64,000 nt of DNA from assembly GCA_963735925.1 (NCBI GenBank), contig CAVTMT010000009.1, positions 283,767 to 347,766 on the forward strand, in the 5' to 3' direction. Positions 44,696-53,816 of this stretch are shown here, one piece after another. The notes under the pieces are model-generated. The model ran no database searches. It worked only from the letters and a program-made list of their open reading frames with translations, and was not told the DNA's origin. Each line of letters starts with the position of its first letter. Positions within the stretch are counted from its first letter, which is position 1. Source of the stretch: an uncultured bacterium. Its GTDB lineage: Bacteria; Verrucomicrobiota; Verrucomicrobiia; Limisphaerales; J093. A program made the position numbers and the translations under genes.

Positions 44696-45895
44696 ATGAG
44701 CGGGCTTTTCAACTGGTGCCGGCAACTGGCGGCGGTCACGCGCTTTGGCTTGTCCAGCATCCCGCAACGTGCAGGTTCCGTCGCCGCGGCGTTGTTCGGC
44801 ATCGCCGGCGTCGTGGCCGTGCTCGTCGGCACGCTCTCGATCGGCGAAGGCTTCCGCCAGGCGCTCACGCTCTCCGGGTCGTCGGATGTGGCGATTGTGA
44901 TGCGCAGCGGTTCGGACAGCGAAACGGTCAGTTTCCTCGGAGGCGAGGAAGCCCGCATTATTGGCGATGCGCCGGGTCTGCGCCGCGGTCCCGAAGGTCC
45001 GCTGGCTTCCGCCGAAGCGCTGGTCATCATCAACCTGCCCAAGCGAAGCACGGGTACCGACGCAAACGTCCTGCTGCGCGGCGTGCCAGCCGCGGCCTTT
45101 GCGGTGCGGAACGACATCCGCCTGGTCGCCGGCCGCCGCTTCGTGCCCGGTCGCAACGAACTCATCGTCGGGCGCGGCGCGGCGCTCGAGTTCGCCGGCC
45201 TCGAAGTCGGGGCCACCTTGCACGCCGGGTTGACCACCTGGAAAATCGTGGGCGTGTTCACGGCGCGGGGCGGCGCGGCGGAATCGGAGTTGTGGGGGGA
45301 TGCCTTTGCGCTGCAAACCGCCTACCAGCGCGGCAACAGCTTCCAATCAGTGCTCGCCCGCCTCGAATCGCCCGTCTCGTTTTGGGCGTTCAAGTCAGCG
45401 CTCGGCCGTGACCCGCGCTTGAACGTGAAGGTGCTGCGCCAGGACGAGTACTACGCCGCGCAGTCGCGGGTGATCTACAATCTGATCACCGGCCTGGGCT
45501 CGTTGATCGCGGGACTGATGGGGCTGGGCGCGGTGTTTGGCGCGCTCAACACGATGTACTCGGCCGTGGCGGCGCGCACCCGTGAGATCGCCACCCTGCG
45601 CGCGCTGGGTTTCGGCAACGGGCCGGTGGTGTTGTCCGTGCTGGCGGAGTCGTTGCTGCTGGCCCTGACGGGCGGCGCGCTCGGAGGAGGACTGGCTTAC
45701 GTGGCGTTCGACGGTTTTCGCACGGCCACCATGAACTGGCAGAGTTTCAGCCAGGTCGCGTTCGCCTTTGCCGTAACGCCCGCGCTGCTGATCCGCGGCA
45801 TCGTGTACGCGACGCTCATCGGCCTGGTCGGCGGCCTCTTCCCGGCGTTACGGGCAGCGCGGTTACCGGTGGTGGCGGGATTGCGCGAGCCGTGA
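44696..45895 (+). CDS. ABC transporter permease, MacB/FtsX type (second copy)
   Basis: Same architecture. TREIATLRALGF and PALRAARLPVVAGLRE motifs. Confidence 0.88.
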   Translation: MSGLFNWCRQLAAVTRFGLSSIPQRAGSVAAALFGIAGVVAVLVGTLSIGEGFRQALTLSGSSDVAIVMRSGSDSETVSFLGGEEARIIGDAPGLRRGPEGPLASAEALVIINLPKRSTGTDANVLLRGVPAAAFAVRNDIRLVAGRRFVPGRNELIVGRGAALEFAGLEVGATLHAGLTTWKIVGVFTARGGAAESELWGDAFALQTAYQRGNSFQSVLARLESPVSFWAFKSALGRDPRLNVKVLRQDEYYAAQSRVIYNLITGLGSLIAGLMGLGAVFGALNTMYSAVAARTREIATLRALGFGNGPVVLSVLAESLLLALTGGALGGGLAYVAFDGFRTATMNWQSFSQVAFAFAVTPALLIRGIVYATLIGLVGGLFPALRAARLPVVAGLREP

Positions 45896-45898
45896 GCC

Positions 45899-45923
45899 GC
45901 CCGGGCAACCGCGCTCCCCGGGC
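45899..45923. terminator. hairpin between convergent genes (stem GCCCGGG/CCCGGGC)
   Basis: 7-bp perfect stem read directly in the 37-bp spacer between convergent stops. No U-tract. Confidence 0.35.
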
Positions 45924-45932
45924 GCACCGCCT

Positions 45933-46628
45933 TCAGACCGGGAGGAGCTGTCCGTCTTCGAGTTGGAGCGCGCGCGGGGCGTGGTTCGCCACCTTGAGGT
46001 CATGCGTGGCGATGACCAAGGTGGTGCCGCTCTCGGCCTGCAGGCCACACAACAGATCGATGATCTCGGCACCGGTGTGCGAGTCCAGATTCCCGGTCGG
46101 TTCGTCGGCGAGCAGCAGCGGCGGCTGGTTGATCAGCGCGCGGGCGATCGCCACCCGCTGTTGTTCGCCGCCCGACAGTTCCGCCGGCCGATGGTCGAGC
46201 CGGTGTTCCAGCCCAACGCGTGTGAGCAGTCGCCGGCCGCGCGCGGCCACCGTACCGATGGGCAACCGCGCCAACCGCGCCGGCAGGCAGACGTTCTCGA
46301 GCGCGTCCAGGTCCGGCAACAGGTGATAGGCCTGAAAGACGAAGCCGACCTGCCGGTTTCGGAACTGAGCGAGGGCGCGCGCCGACAGGCGGTCCAGGTG
46401 TTGACCTTCGAACTCGATGGTGCCGGCGGTGGGTGTATCCAGACCGCCCAGCAGGTGCAGCAAGGTGCTTTTGCCCGCGCCCGAGGCGCCCCGCAGCGCC
46501 ACGAAGCTCCCATGAGCGATCTCGATGTTCACCCCGCGCAGTACTTCCACACTCCGGTGGCCCAGCTCGTACGTCTTGTGCAGGTCGCGCGCCACCACGA
46601 GCGGCGGAGGGAAAGCCGGCTCATTCAT
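45933..46628 (-). CDS. ABC transporter ATP-binding protein, LolD/MacB-ATPase-like
   Basis: Walker A GASGAGKST, LSGGEQQR, LLADEPTGNLD. Confidence 0.92.
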   Translation of the reverse strand: MNEPAFPPPLVVARDLHKTYELGHRSVEVLRGVNIEIAHGSFVALRGASGAGKSTLLHLLGGLDTPTAGTIEFEGQHLDRLSARALAQFRNRQVGFVFQAYHLLPDLDALENVCLPARLARLPIGTVAARGRRLLTRVGLEHRLDHRPAELSGGEQQRVAIARALINQPPLLLADEPTGNLDSHTGAEIIDLLCGLQAESGTTLVIATHDLKVANHAPRALQLEDGQLLPV

Positions 46629-47895
46629 GGCGCAACGCCTCCACCGGTTTGAGCCGCCCGGCGTGCCACGCCGGCACCAGGCCCCCCAGGACGCACATGA
46701 TCAGCGAAACGCTGGCAATGATCGCCAGGTCCCCCGGCACAATCAGCGCCGGCAGTTCGTAGAAGTGGTAGATTTCGGCCGGGAACAACTGGAACCCGGT
46801 CAGCCGCCGCATCAGGAACAGGAAGTCGTTGCGGAAATGCACACCCAGCAAGCCCAGCGTGAATCCCGCCGCCACGCCCATCACGCCCACCACCAGACTC
46901 TGGCTCAGAAACACCCACACGATCTGGCCGCTCGTGGCGCCGAGCGCCTTGAGCGTGCCGACCTCGCGCGTCTTCTGGACAACGAACGTGATCAACCCGC
47001 TGCAAATCCCGAACGCCGCGACCAGGGTGATGAAGAAGAGCAGGTAGTACATCATGTTCTTCTCCACGACGACGGACTGGAGAAACGCCGAATGCTCCTC
47101 GAACCAGGTGGTGATGTGGTACCCGCTGCCGAGGGCGAGCGTGAGTTCGGTCTGTGCCTGCGTCGCCTTTTGCGGCTCCTTCAGGGCGACGATCAAGCCG
47201 TGCACCGCGTTCTCGAGCCCGAACAAATCCTGTGCGTTCCTCAGCGAAGTCACGACCAGCAGCGCATCCAGGTCATAGAAACCCACCTCGAAGATGCCGC
47301 GTACGGTGAAGTCATCGGCCAGCGGGACTTCTTCCTCCCCCTTCTCGCGGCTTTGATGCCAGCGCTCGAACTGGCTTACCGCGTACACGGCCAACGGGTC
47401 GCCGACCCGAATCCCGAGCTTGGAGGCGATTTCCTGACCGACCAGGAAACCGTACCCGTGCAGATCGTTCGTGCCGGCGTTCACACTGGCCAGGAGGGTG
47501 CTGATCGGTGGCACTTTCGAGTGCGGATCGACTCCCAGGATCGAAGGCACGTGAAAAGCCGGGGTGCCTTCCTTCGGCTCGGTTTTGAGCAAGACGGGAC
47601 CGCCCACGTAAGGCGTTACGCCCAGGACCAGATGGTTCGTGGCCACGCGGGCCATCAAGCGCTCGTAGTCGTTGAGCAAGCCTTCCCGGGGTTCGATCCG
47701 CAGGTGCGCGGTGTAGCCGGCGAGCTTCTCGCGCAGATCGCGGTCGAAACCGCTCATCACGGCGATGACGATGATGAGGACCGCCACGCCGAGCATGACG
47801 CCGAGGATCGAGATGAGCGTGATGACCGAGACGAGCCGGCGCTTGGGGCGCAGGTAACGCAGGGCCAGCATCAACTCGAACGGCAGACGCGACAT
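46621..47895 (-). CDS. lipoprotein-releasing-system-type permease (LolC/E-like, FtsX family)
   Basis: MSRLPFELMLALRYLRPKRR start typical of LolC/E. 8-nt overlap with the ATPase gene. Confidence 0.9.
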   Translation of the reverse strand: MSRLPFELMLALRYLRPKRRLVSVITLISILGVMLGVAVLIIVIAVMSGFDRDLREKLAGYTAHLRIEPREGLLNDYERLMARVATNHLVLGVTPYVGGPVLLKTEPKEGTPAFHVPSILGVDPHSKVPPISTLLASVNAGTNDLHGYGFLVGQEIASKLGIRVGDPLAVYAVSQFERWHQSREKGEEEVPLADDFTVRGIFEVGFYDLDALLVVTSLRNAQDLFGLENAVHGLIVALKEPQKATQAQTELTLALGSGYHITTWFEEHSAFLQSVVVEKNMMYYLLFFITLVAAFGICSGLITFVVQKTREVGTLKALGATSGQIVWVFLSQSLVVGVMGVAAGFTLGLLGVHFRNDFLFLMRRLTGFQLFPAEIYHFYELPALIVPGDLAIIASVSLIMCVLGGLVPAWHAGRLKPVEALRHE

Positions 47896-47909
47896 GGCCG
47901 GGCAGGCTA

Positions 47910-47946
47910 AGGACGGGCCAGAAAGGTGTCAACGCGGGCCCGTCCT
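47910..47946. terminator. 10-bp-stem hairpin (AGGACGGGCC/GGCCCGTCCT) just outside the transposase unit
   Basis: Read directly. It lies downstream of the transposase stop on the minus strand and upstream of the LolE-like start. Confidence 0.35.
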
Positions 47947-47951
47947 GCATA

Positions 47952-48963
47952 GGGGTCAGGTCCTATTATCGTCTATCAGAGCCTTCCCTGGCGCAGCAGG
48001 AAGAGCCGGTTGTTGACATAGGCCACGCTGCCCATCTGCAACCGGTGGGCGATCCACGCCAGCGTGACCAGCGTTTCCTGCCGCAGCCGCTGCGCGAGCC
48101 GCACCTTCGCCAGATCCCCCTTGGGCCGCTGGGCGAGGGTCGCCGCCGTCCACCCCAGACGCTCCAGTTCCGCCTGCACCAGGCGTTCGGCCCGCGCCGC
48201 CTGACTCTCCGCCCGCTCCGCTCCGAAATTCAGCGCACCCAGTTGCCCGTCCACCTGCCTCAGCAACTCCTGCCGGAACGGCTCCCCGCCCAGACACCAG
48301 CCGCGCCGCACCCGCTTGTACTCTCCCCCTTCCTCGTGACCGCGCCGCGCTTCCACCGCCGCCTCGAACGCCCGTCGCCCGGCCGCACTGTCTTTGGGAA
48401 TGCGATACTCGCCCAACAACCGCCCCACCCGCAGCCACGCCACGCGCCGGGACACCGTCTGGAGATACTCCGGGAAGCTGCTCCAGCGATACGTCCGCAG
48501 CGGCTCCGCCGCCGCCACCAACCGGGCGCGCACCGGATTCAAATGCACGTAATCGCACACCGTCTTCAGGTACCCGTCCCCGCTGCCGTCCACAATCAAC
48601 GCCTTGTAGCGCCCGCTGAACAAATGGCCGGTGAGCCGGTGCCGCCGATTGAACCGCCCGGTGTACGCGCCCAGCAACCACTGCATCCCGGCGACCAGGT
48701 TGCCCTGCGGCGTCTCGACCACCAGGTGGAAATGATTGGGCAGGAGGCAAAAAGCCTGAACCTCCCAGACCGCCTTCTGGCAGGACTCCCCCAATGTGGC
48801 CAGGAATAGCTCGCGATCCGTGTCGTCGTGGAAGATGGCCTCGCGACGATCCCCGCGACTCATGACGTGGTAGATTGCCCCCGGATACTCGACTCGGAGC
48901 TTGCGCGCCATGCGCGGCAAAGTGGAAGAACCACTCCCGTTGTCAATAATAGGACTTGACCCC
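47952..48963 (-). mobile_element. IS200/RAYT-type Y1 transposase unit bounded by 18-bp inverted repeats
   Basis: GGGGTCAGGTCCTATTAT at 47952-47969 and its inverted copy (reverse complement GGGGTCAAGTCCTATTAT) at 48946-48963 match at 17 of 18 positions and flank a single HUH transposase gene. Confidence 0.75.
47976..48920 (-). CDS. Y1 (HUH) transposase, IS200-like / REP-associated tyrosine transposase type, with C-terminal DnaA-like HTH region
   Basis: YPGAIYHVMSRG, HUH motif LLPNHFHLVVE and catalytic-Tyr region FSGRYKALIV. The C-terminal LVTLAWIAHRLQMGS resembles the helix-turn-helix tail seen on PVC copies. Confidence 0.88.
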   Translation of the reverse strand: MPRMARKLRVEYPGAIYHVMSRGDRREAIFHDDTDRELFLATLGESCQKAVWEVQAFCLLPNHFHLVVETPQGNLVAGMQWLLGAYTGRFNRRHRLTGHLFSGRYKALIVDGSGDGYLKTVCDYVHLNPVRARLVAAAEPLRTYRWSSFPEYLQTVSRRVAWLRVGRLLGEYRIPKDSAAGRRAFEAAVEARRGHEEGGEYKRVRRGWCLGGEPFRQELLRQVDGQLGALNFGAERAESQAARAERLVQAELERLGWTAATLAQRPKGDLAKVRLAQRLRQETLVTLAWIAHRLQMGSVAYVNNRLFLLRQGRL

Positions 48964-51900
48964 TTTGGCGTCGGCCAAGTCGGACTCGGACGGCGAGGGC
49001 AAAGCCAGTTCGGCGAGCCAGCGTTCCGCCTGCTGGCGCGCGGCCTCCATCTTGGGATAACGGATCTCGCGATAGCCGGTGACGGATTCGGGCAGTTCCA
49101 AGACTTTGAGAAAGCTCCGGTAGCGGGTCGCGTCGGAGGCCAGGTCGGCGAACCGCGGCAAGAGGTCGGCGTACCAGTCGCGGAAGTCCCGCTCCCGCCG
49201 ATGCCAGTCCGGGAGCACGCGCCGCAGCCAGCGCAAGCGCTTCATCAGGTTCAGCATCCAGTCGCGCGTCTTCATGTCCCACGCGATCTCGCGGCCCAGC
49301 AGGGTGAACTGCGGCCGGTTCAAGTGCCGGTACTCGAGGCGGTCGCCCCGGGCCGGGTCCACCTGATAACGCGCCTGGTCCCGGCGATGCTTTTCTTCGC
49401 TGGTCAGGAGGTGCGCGACATAAATCTCGTCCTTGATCGCCATCACCTTGTGGAGATTCCAGATGACGGCGCGGGTCGCGGCGAACCCCAGTTCGGGCCG
49501 GTCGGCGGCCCGGACCTGCTCGACAAGTTCGATGTACCGGCGGGCGTACGCGAGGTCCTCGAACTGGATCAAGTCATAGACCCGCCGGGCGAAATCGCGG
49601 CGTAAGTCGTCATCCTCGGGCCAGGGCGCCACCGTCGCTTCCACCAATTCGCGGTATTGCTCGCCCAGCCGGCCAACCGCCCGGCGCGACCGCCCCAGGA
49701 TGTCCGCCTTGTCGGCGAGCACTTCCGCGTAAGTGTCCGGCTCGTGATGAATGGCCGCCGCGCGCAGCACCGCCGCGCGATCATGGGCCAGGTAGCGGCC
49801 GAGGTTGAAGGCCTTGAGATTGTCGGCGGCGGCGGCCCCCAGCCCCGAATGAATCGCCCATTCCAGACTCGCCAGGCGCAGGGGGAGCAGGCTGCGCTGA
49901 AACGCCACGCCGAGCATCATGATGTTCGCGTAGAGTTGCGTGGCGAAGAAATGCTCCGACAACCGCGAAATGTCGTCGCTGAAGTAGGCGTCTGCCCGCG
50001 TGTTGGCCCGGAGCTGGGCCTCGAGTTGGGCGACCGCGAAATCGTCCTTGCCGAGCAGCGTGAGGATCGTCGGCGTCTTGTGCGTGTTGACGACGACCGC
50101 GGTGCGCCCGCGGCTGCCGACCCGCTGATTGGTGGAAGGATCCAGCGCGCGCGCCGCTTCGAGCACGTCCACGCCCAGCAACAAGTCCGCCTTGCCGTAC
50201 GGAATCAAGTTCGAGGTGAACGGTCCCCCCGGCGGGGCGTAGGTGATCATCGAATAGACGCCGCCGTTCCGGATTGCCAGGCCCTTCTTGTCGCAATACT
50301 GGATGAGGTAACCCTCGCGGTGACCGGCCAGCACGAGGACCGCCGTGGCGGTGCCAATGCCCATGCCGCCCACGCCGGCCAGGTACCCGTGCCACGGGCG
50401 GTCGGGTTTGTAAGGCGCCGGAGCCGGCAGATGCGTCAGGTCCAGCCGCTCGATCGGGGCCGGCGCCGGCTGGACACGCGTCACGATCACCTCCTCGAAC
50501 GAGGGACACGCCTTCACGCGCGGTCCGTCGTTGTCCGTCGTGACCACGAAGCGCGTGCAGGCGCCGTCCGCCACGCACCAGGAGAGATCGATCTCCACCT
50601 TCTGGCCGTACGGCGTCTGGCCCAGCGTGAGGCCGGGGCAGCCGGTCGCCTTGGTGCATTCCAGGCAGTTCTCGCAAACCTCGTGCGTGATGTTGATGAA
50701 CCGTTTGGTGGGAAGAAACCCTTGCGCCTTGAACGTGCGGCGTTCCTCGCGCGCCCGACGACGATGGAATGTGATGCCGCATTCCTTGTCGGCCACGACC
50801 ACCTTCACGCCGTTCTGGAGAATGGTCTTTTCGAGGAGCGCGCGGTAGCTCTCGACCTCGGCCGGGTTCACGCGCACCACCGTCGCGCCGGAATTCGCCC
50901 GGTCCGTGATGCCCGCGATCACGGCGTCGATGTTCTGCGCGAACGTCTTTTCGCCCAACAAACTCTCGTCCAGACCGGGCGTCGTCTGGTGACCGGTCAT
51001 GGCGGTGGTTTTGTTGTCGAGGATGATGTAGGTGATGTCCTGGTTGTTCTTGAGCGAATTCGAGATCGCGATCTGGCCGCTGTGGAAGAAGGTCGAGTCG
51101 CCCATGAACACGACCTGCTTGTTGCGGATGAACGGGTCGATGCCCGCGCCGGTGCCGCCGCCCAAACCCATGCCCGAATAGTTGTGCATGAGGTCCTTGG
51201 TCGGCTCGAACATCAGCATCGTGTAACAGCCGGTGTCGCCGTGGAACAACAGGTCCACCGGCGCCGTGCCGTGAACGCGCTGCATGTACAGCGGGTCGCG
51301 GAACTGCTTCTTGATCTCGGTGAGCACGCTCGCCGAATCGCGATGCGGACAGCCGGGACAAAACGTCGGTGTGCGCGGCGCGACCTTGAGATCGATGGCC
51401 TCGACCTCGGCGATCACGTCCAGTTCGCGCTGCACGCGCCGGCGGTCGATGCGCCCGGCCAGCTCCGGCGTGGCCAGGAACAACGGCCCGAGCCGGTCGA
51501 TGAGCTTGCTCGGGTTCAATCCACGCGCCTCGGGAATGCCGGTCAGCCCGTTCGGAAATTGTTTGCCCCAGACCTCGGCCGGCAACGGCCGCGATTCGTG
51601 ATCGGCGTTCTGCCGGGCACGGCTGAGGATTTCCACCACCTGTTCTTCGAGGAAGCCGCGGCGTTCTTCGATGACGAACACCCGTCGCAACCCGGCGGCA
51701 AACTCCGTCACCAGCGACGGGTCCAGCGGGTAGGTGACGCCGACTTTCAGAATCGGGAAATGGCCGTCCAGCCCCATTTCGGCCAGGGCATGGCGAAAAT
51801 AACAATAGGCGGCGGCGGAGGTGATGAACCCGAGCCGCGCCTCCGCATTGGTGTCCGTGGTGGGGCGGAGGATGCACTGCGCTCCGTGCCGGCGCGCACT

Positions 51901-52623
51901 CGCCCAAAGCCGTTCGAAGCGTTCGTGGATCTGCTGCTCCTTCTGCCAGGTGCGCGGCGGCAGGAGAACATTGCGCTCGAGATCGATTTTCGAGGTGTCG
52001 AGCGTGAACCGGTTCTCGGTGTTGGTGGTGGGAAACTGGTTCGGCCGCACCTCGACCGAGCCGCCGCCGTCGGCCTGATTCGTGGTGACCAGGTAACCGA
52101 TGTACAGCTCGCTCTCCCGCGACAACTTGAAGGCGAGGTTGATCCAATCCTTCAACTCCTGCGGGGTGCTGGGCTCCAGGACCGGCATCATCAGGTGCTT
52201 GCAGAGGTAGCGGGAATCGGCCGGCACCTGCGTCGAATCGCTCCACGGATCGTCGCCCAGCACCACCACCGCGCCCCCTTGCGGATGGGCGCCGACCAGG
52301 TTGCCCAGGGCCAACGCATCCGCCGCCACGTGCACCCCCACGCTCTTCTGGACCGAGATGGCGCGGAGGCCGTGCATCTGCGAACCGTTCACCATCGCCG
52401 CCGCCAACGCCTCGTTGTTCGCCATCGTGGCGCGGATTCCTTGGGCGCGAAGGAGTTCGGCAATGTCCTGGGCGGTGTCGAAGAAGCCCGCCACGGGCGA
52501 TCCCGGGTAGCCGGTCCACAGGTGGGTACCGCCTTCGGTCTCCAAACACCCTTTGACCAGGAGTTCGTTCCCGGTAAAGACTTCAATGCCAGAGGCTTGC
52601 GTGAATCTCGGGGCGGCTTTCAC
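48943..52623 (-). CDS. indolepyruvate ferredoxin oxidoreductase family protein (fused alpha/beta)
   Basis: 1226 aa. N-terminal GNELLVKGCLE..TGYPGSPV, TPP-binding GDSTFFHSG and an Fe-S Cys cluster CENCLECTKATGCPG. Confidence 0.93.
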   Translation of the reverse strand: MKAAPRFTQASGIEVFTGNELLVKGCLETEGGTHLWTGYPGSPVAGFFDTAQDIAELLRAQGIRATMANNEALAAAMVNGSQMHGLRAISVQKSVGVHVAADALALGNLVGAHPQGGAVVVLGDDPWSDSTQVPADSRYLCKHLMMPVLEPSTPQELKDWINLAFKLSRESELYIGYLVTTNQADGGGSVEVRPNQFPTTNTENRFTLDTSKIDLERNVLLPPRTWQKEQQIHERFERLWASARRHGAQCILRPTTDTNAEARLGFITSAAAYCYFRHALAEMGLDGHFPILKVGVTYPLDPSLVTEFAAGLRRVFVIEERRGFLEEQVVEILSRARQNADHESRPLPAEVWGKQFPNGLTGIPEARGLNPSKLIDRLGPLFLATPELAGRIDRRRVQRELDVIAEVEAIDLKVAPRTPTFCPGCPHRDSASVLTEIKKQFRDPLYMQRVHGTAPVDLLFHGDTGCYTMLMFEPTKDLMHNYSGMGLGGGTGAGIDPFIRNKQVVFMGDSTFFHSGQIAISNSLKNNQDITYIILDNKTTAMTGHQTTPGLDESLLGEKTFAQNIDAVIAGITDRANSGATVVRVNPAEVESYRALLEKTILQNGVKVVVADKECGITFHRRRAREERRTFKAQGFLPTKRFINITHEVCENCLECTKATGCPGLTLGQTPYGQKVEIDLSWCVADGACTRFVVTTDNDGPRVKACPSFEEVIVTRVQPAPAPIERLDLTHLPAPAPYKPDRPWHGYLAGVGGMGIGTATAVLVLAGHREGYLIQYCDKKGLAIRNGGVYSMITYAPPGGPFTSNLIPYGKADLLLGVDVLEAARALDPSTNQRVGSRGRTAVVVNTHKTPTILTLLGKDDFAVAQLEAQLRANTRADAYFSDDISRLSEHFFATQLYANIMMLGVAFQRSLLPLRLASLEWAIHSGLGAAAADNLKAFNLGRYLAHDRAAVLRAAAIHHEPDTYAEVLADKADILGRSRRAVGRLGEQYRELVEATVAPWPEDDDLRRDFARRVYDLIQFEDLAYARRYIELVEQVRAADRPELGFAATRAVIWNLHKVMAIKDEIYVAHLLTSEEKHRRDQARYQVDPARGDRLEYRHLNRPQFTLLGREIAWDMKTRDWMLNLMKRLRWLRRVLPDWHRRERDFRDWYADLLPRFADLASDATRYRSFLKVLELPESVTGYREIRYPKMEAARQQAERWLAELALPSPSESDLADAKGVKSYY

Positions 52624-52662
52624 TCATGAAAGTTTGTCATCCAACCGTAGCATTGGCAAGCG

Positions 52663-53025
52663 TTGACTTCCTCGCAAGGGAGACTGATGCTGTCCACCAG
52701 CAAAACCGGCGCCTCTGCCGGGGCCGCCCGGTACTCCATGCCGACCGTCACCATCCTGCCCGTCGAGCTCACCGCCACCGTCGCGGCGGGCGAAAGTCTG
52801 CTCGACGCGGGCGAGCACGCCGAGGTGGAGATGGTCGCCGCCTGCTTCAACGGCTCCTGCGGCACCTGCGTGGTCGAAGTCATCCGCGGCGGCGAAAACC
52901 TGGCGGCCCTCTCGTCGCGTGAAGCCGAGGTGCTGGCCGCGGGGCATCGCGATCCGGCGCGCTTCCGCCTCGCCTGCTCCGCCAAGGTGGTCCGCGGCGA
53001 AGTCACCATCCGCCAGCTCGACTGA
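52663..53025 (+). CDS. 2Fe-2S ferredoxin
   Basis: CFNGSCGTC...LAC (Cx4Cx2C...C) pattern. The start may be at MPTVTILP (52714). Confidence 0.75.
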   Translation: MTSSQGRLMLSTSKTGASAGAARYSMPTVTILPVELTATVAAGESLLDAGEHAEVEMVAACFNGSCGTCVVEVIRGGENLAALSSREAEVLAAGHRDPARFRLACSAKVVRGEVTIRQLD

Positions 53026-53054
53026 ACCGGGTCGCCGGTCGGCGCCCGCCCGGG

Positions 53055-53816
53055 TCAGCCGGCGGCCACGAACACGCAGAACAGCTCGTCGCCGACGCGT
53101 CGCCGGCGGCTCAGTCGAAGCTGCGTCGCCTCGCCCAGGCTCGCCGCCCCCACGCCCTCCGCGATCGTAGGCGCTTCGCGGCCGCCAAACACGAACGGAC
53201 AAATCGTGAGATGCAACTCGTGAACCAAGCCCGCACGGAACAAGGCCTCGTTCAATTCGCCCCCGCCTTCACACAACAACCGCCGTACGCCCCACTGCGA
53301 CCGCAGATGCGCCAGCGCCGCGCGAAAGTCCAGCTCCTGTGTCCCGCAAACCACCACTTCGTCCGCCACCGCCTTCAATCGATCCAGTTTGCGCCGTCCG
53401 GCTTTCCCGGTGGTGAGCACGATGATGGGCGAAAACCGCGTTGCGAAGATCGCCGTGGCTGGGTCGAGCGCGCCGGAACCGGTAACGAGCACGCGCAGGT
53501 TGAACTCGGCCAGCCCATGCCGCCGGCGCCGCCGCCGAAAGCGCTCGCCGCCCGGATCCAGACGAACGTCCGGCGCGCTGGCGGTTTGCGCCCCGCACAT
53601 CACCGCGTCCGCCGTTGCCCGCAACGCATACAGGTGGGCGAGATCGCGCGGGCTGCCGAACGACGCGACCTCGCGGTTCGCGGTTGCGATCTTGCCGTCG
53701 GCGGTCATCGCCATGTTCACGAAGACGAACGGCAGCGCGGCTGATTGGATTTGGGCGCCGACCGGCAACACGGTTAACCGCGAGCCCGGACCTGCCGATG
53801 CCGGATTCGATTTCAT
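53055..53816 (-). CDS. RibD C-terminal-domain reductase (diaminohydroxyphosphoribosylaminopyrimidine reductase family)
   Basis: VNMAMTADGKIA, LRATADAVMCGAQT and LLCEGGGELN motifs. Confidence 0.85.
   Translation of the reverse strand: MKSNPASAGPGSRLTVLPVGAQIQSAALPFVFVNMAMTADGKIATANREVASFGSPRDLAHLYALRATADAVMCGAQTASAPDVRLDPGGERFRRRRRRHGLAEFNLRVLVTGSGALDPATAIFATRFSPIIVLTTGKAGRRKLDRLKAVADEVVVCGTQELDFRAALAHLRSQWGVRRLLCEGGGELNEALFRAGLVHELHLTICPFVFGGREAPTIAEGVGAASLGEATQLRLSRRRRVGDELFCVFVAAG

Noticed and set aside
53026-53054. Direct repeat CCGGGTC ... CCGGGTC between the convergent ferredoxin and reductase genes, considered as a terminator.
   Set aside because: The two copies are direct rather than inverted, so no hairpin forms. 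They are too short to be meaningful.
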